Shown: in pieces, positions 46,821-47,304 of the stretch
Layout: every line of letters starts with the position of its first letter
Position numbering within the stretch: position 1 is the stretch's first letter
From: Candidatus Nanopelagicales bacterium
GTDB lineage: Bacteria; Actinomycetota; Actinomycetes; Nanopelagicales; Nanopelagicaceae
Length of the DNA stretch: 47,304 nucleotides
Assembly: GCA_041311445.1 (NCBI GenBank)
Contig: JBFYJK010000085.1
Location: forward strand, 1-47,304
Direction: 5' to 3'
Made by a program: the position numbers and the translations under genes
Notes under the pieces: generated by a model
What the model saw: the letters and a program-made list of their open reading frames with translations, nothing else
What the model was told of the DNA's origin: nothing
Databases searched by the model: none

Positions 46821-47304
46821 GCGAAAAGAAACATTTAGCATTTCCTAACAAGGCTGATGCAATTCGCTTAAGCATTGGAGTCATGGGCATTGGCACTTCA
46901 GGGCCATTAATCGCGATGAGCACGATGCCAGTTTTAACGTTAATTTTCTGGCGCAACTTAGGCGGCGCTATCGCCACCTACTTCATCAACATCAAGAAGT
47001 TGGAACTCAAGAATCGCGAAGGCTTCAAGTGGTCGGCAATAGCTGGCGTAGTACTCGCGGCACACTTCGTCGGATTCTTTCTGGCTATGCGATTATCTTC
47101 GGTCGCATCTGGAACCGCACTTGCGGCGCTACAGCCTATCTTCGCCACAATATTTGCCGTCTTCACCGGTCATCACGTGTCTAAGACGGCTTGGGGAGGA
47201 ATGCTCGTTAGTTTCGTCGGTGTACTTTTTATCTCCGGCGTAGATCTACATTTCTCATGGCGCGCATTTCAAGGCGATTTAGCAGCAATTATCTGTGCAG
47301 CGCT
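46817..47304 (+). CDS. EamA/DMT-superfamily transporter (partial, runs off the right edge)
   Basis: My own translation is MSEKKHLAFPNKADAIRLSIGVMGIGTSGPLIAMSTMPVLTLIFWRNLGG...LQPIFATIFAVF...GGMLVSFVGVLFISG..., open to the end of the window. It is absent from the ORF track because there is no stop codon. The hydrophobic repeat pattern is typical of EamA. Confidence 0.75.
   Translation, partial: MSEKKHLAFPNKADAIRLSIGVMGIGTSGPLIAMSTMPVLTLIFWRNLGGAIATYFINIKKLELKNREGFKWSAIAGVVLAAHFVGFFLAMRLSSVASGTALAALQPIFATIFAVFTGHHVSKTAWGGMLVSFVGVLFISGVDLHFSWRAFQGDLAAIICAA

Noticed and set aside
1-47304. Search for tRNA, rRNA, CRISPR repeats, IS elements or transposases, integrases, prophage genes and toxin-antitoxin or defence systems.
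   Set aside because: Non-coding gaps are all shorter than about 125 nt and hold no cloverleaf-like or repeated units. Every sizeable ORF has a housekeeping or transport assignment. Nothing resembles a mobile or defence island.

Overview
This 47.3-kb chromosomal segment is almost entirely coding. I count about 55 CDS and saw no rRNA, tRNA, CRISPR array, transposase, integrase or phage genes. It appears to come from a streamlined, moderate/low-GC actinobacterium. That is an inference from two things. First, it carries actinobacteria-typical proteins: PerM/DUF6350-like, DUF3017-like, DUF3117, the acyl-CoA carboxylase epsilon subunit, an orphan MsiK-like ATPase and an LCP protein. Second, gene order resembles Mycobacterium tuberculosis: sucD-perM-purN-purH, cdd-deoA-add, accD5-accE-maf-accA3, birA-purK-purE, and methyltransferase-tatB-mrp-Rv1232c-like. 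Contents, left to right: purine/folate/TCA housekeeping (purN, purH, folD, mdh, icd); an orphan sugar-ABC ATPase; a CNNM/CorC-type transporter; trpS; a ~15-kb nucleoside scavenging and catabolism locus (BMP-type binding protein, ABC importer, cdd, deoA, add, an embedded cytochrome P450, ribokinase, nucleoside hydrolase, two ALDH-family genes, deoC, phospho-sugar mutase); the acyl-CoA carboxylase cluster with maf; birA-purK-purE; a cell-envelope glycopolymer module (ugd, LCP, GT2, ABC-2 exporter, SpoIID-like); dapD; LOG; DUF3117; pepA; O-methyltransferase; tatB; mrp; and finally an MgtE-sensor-like soluble protein translationally coupled to an NRAMP-fold transporter with Mg2+-type (NRMT-like) site residues and to an EamA transporter. 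Gene packing is extreme, with many ATGA/GTGA/TAATG start-stop overlaps. The points most worth a second look are: (1) the split MgtE_N-CBS + NRMT-like pair; (2) a 270-aa ALDH paralogue that lacks the whole catalytic domain and abuts a full-length ALDH downstream of deoC; (3) a pervasive leaderless-promoter geometry (TANNNT 6-9 nt before the start codon) at about 15 transcription-unit-initial genes, including four back-to-back divergent pairs separated by only 16-48 bp; (4) a P450 embedded in the nucleoside operon; and (5) an orphan sigma-70 region-4-only ORF. All family calls come from motif recognition by eye; no database search was run.
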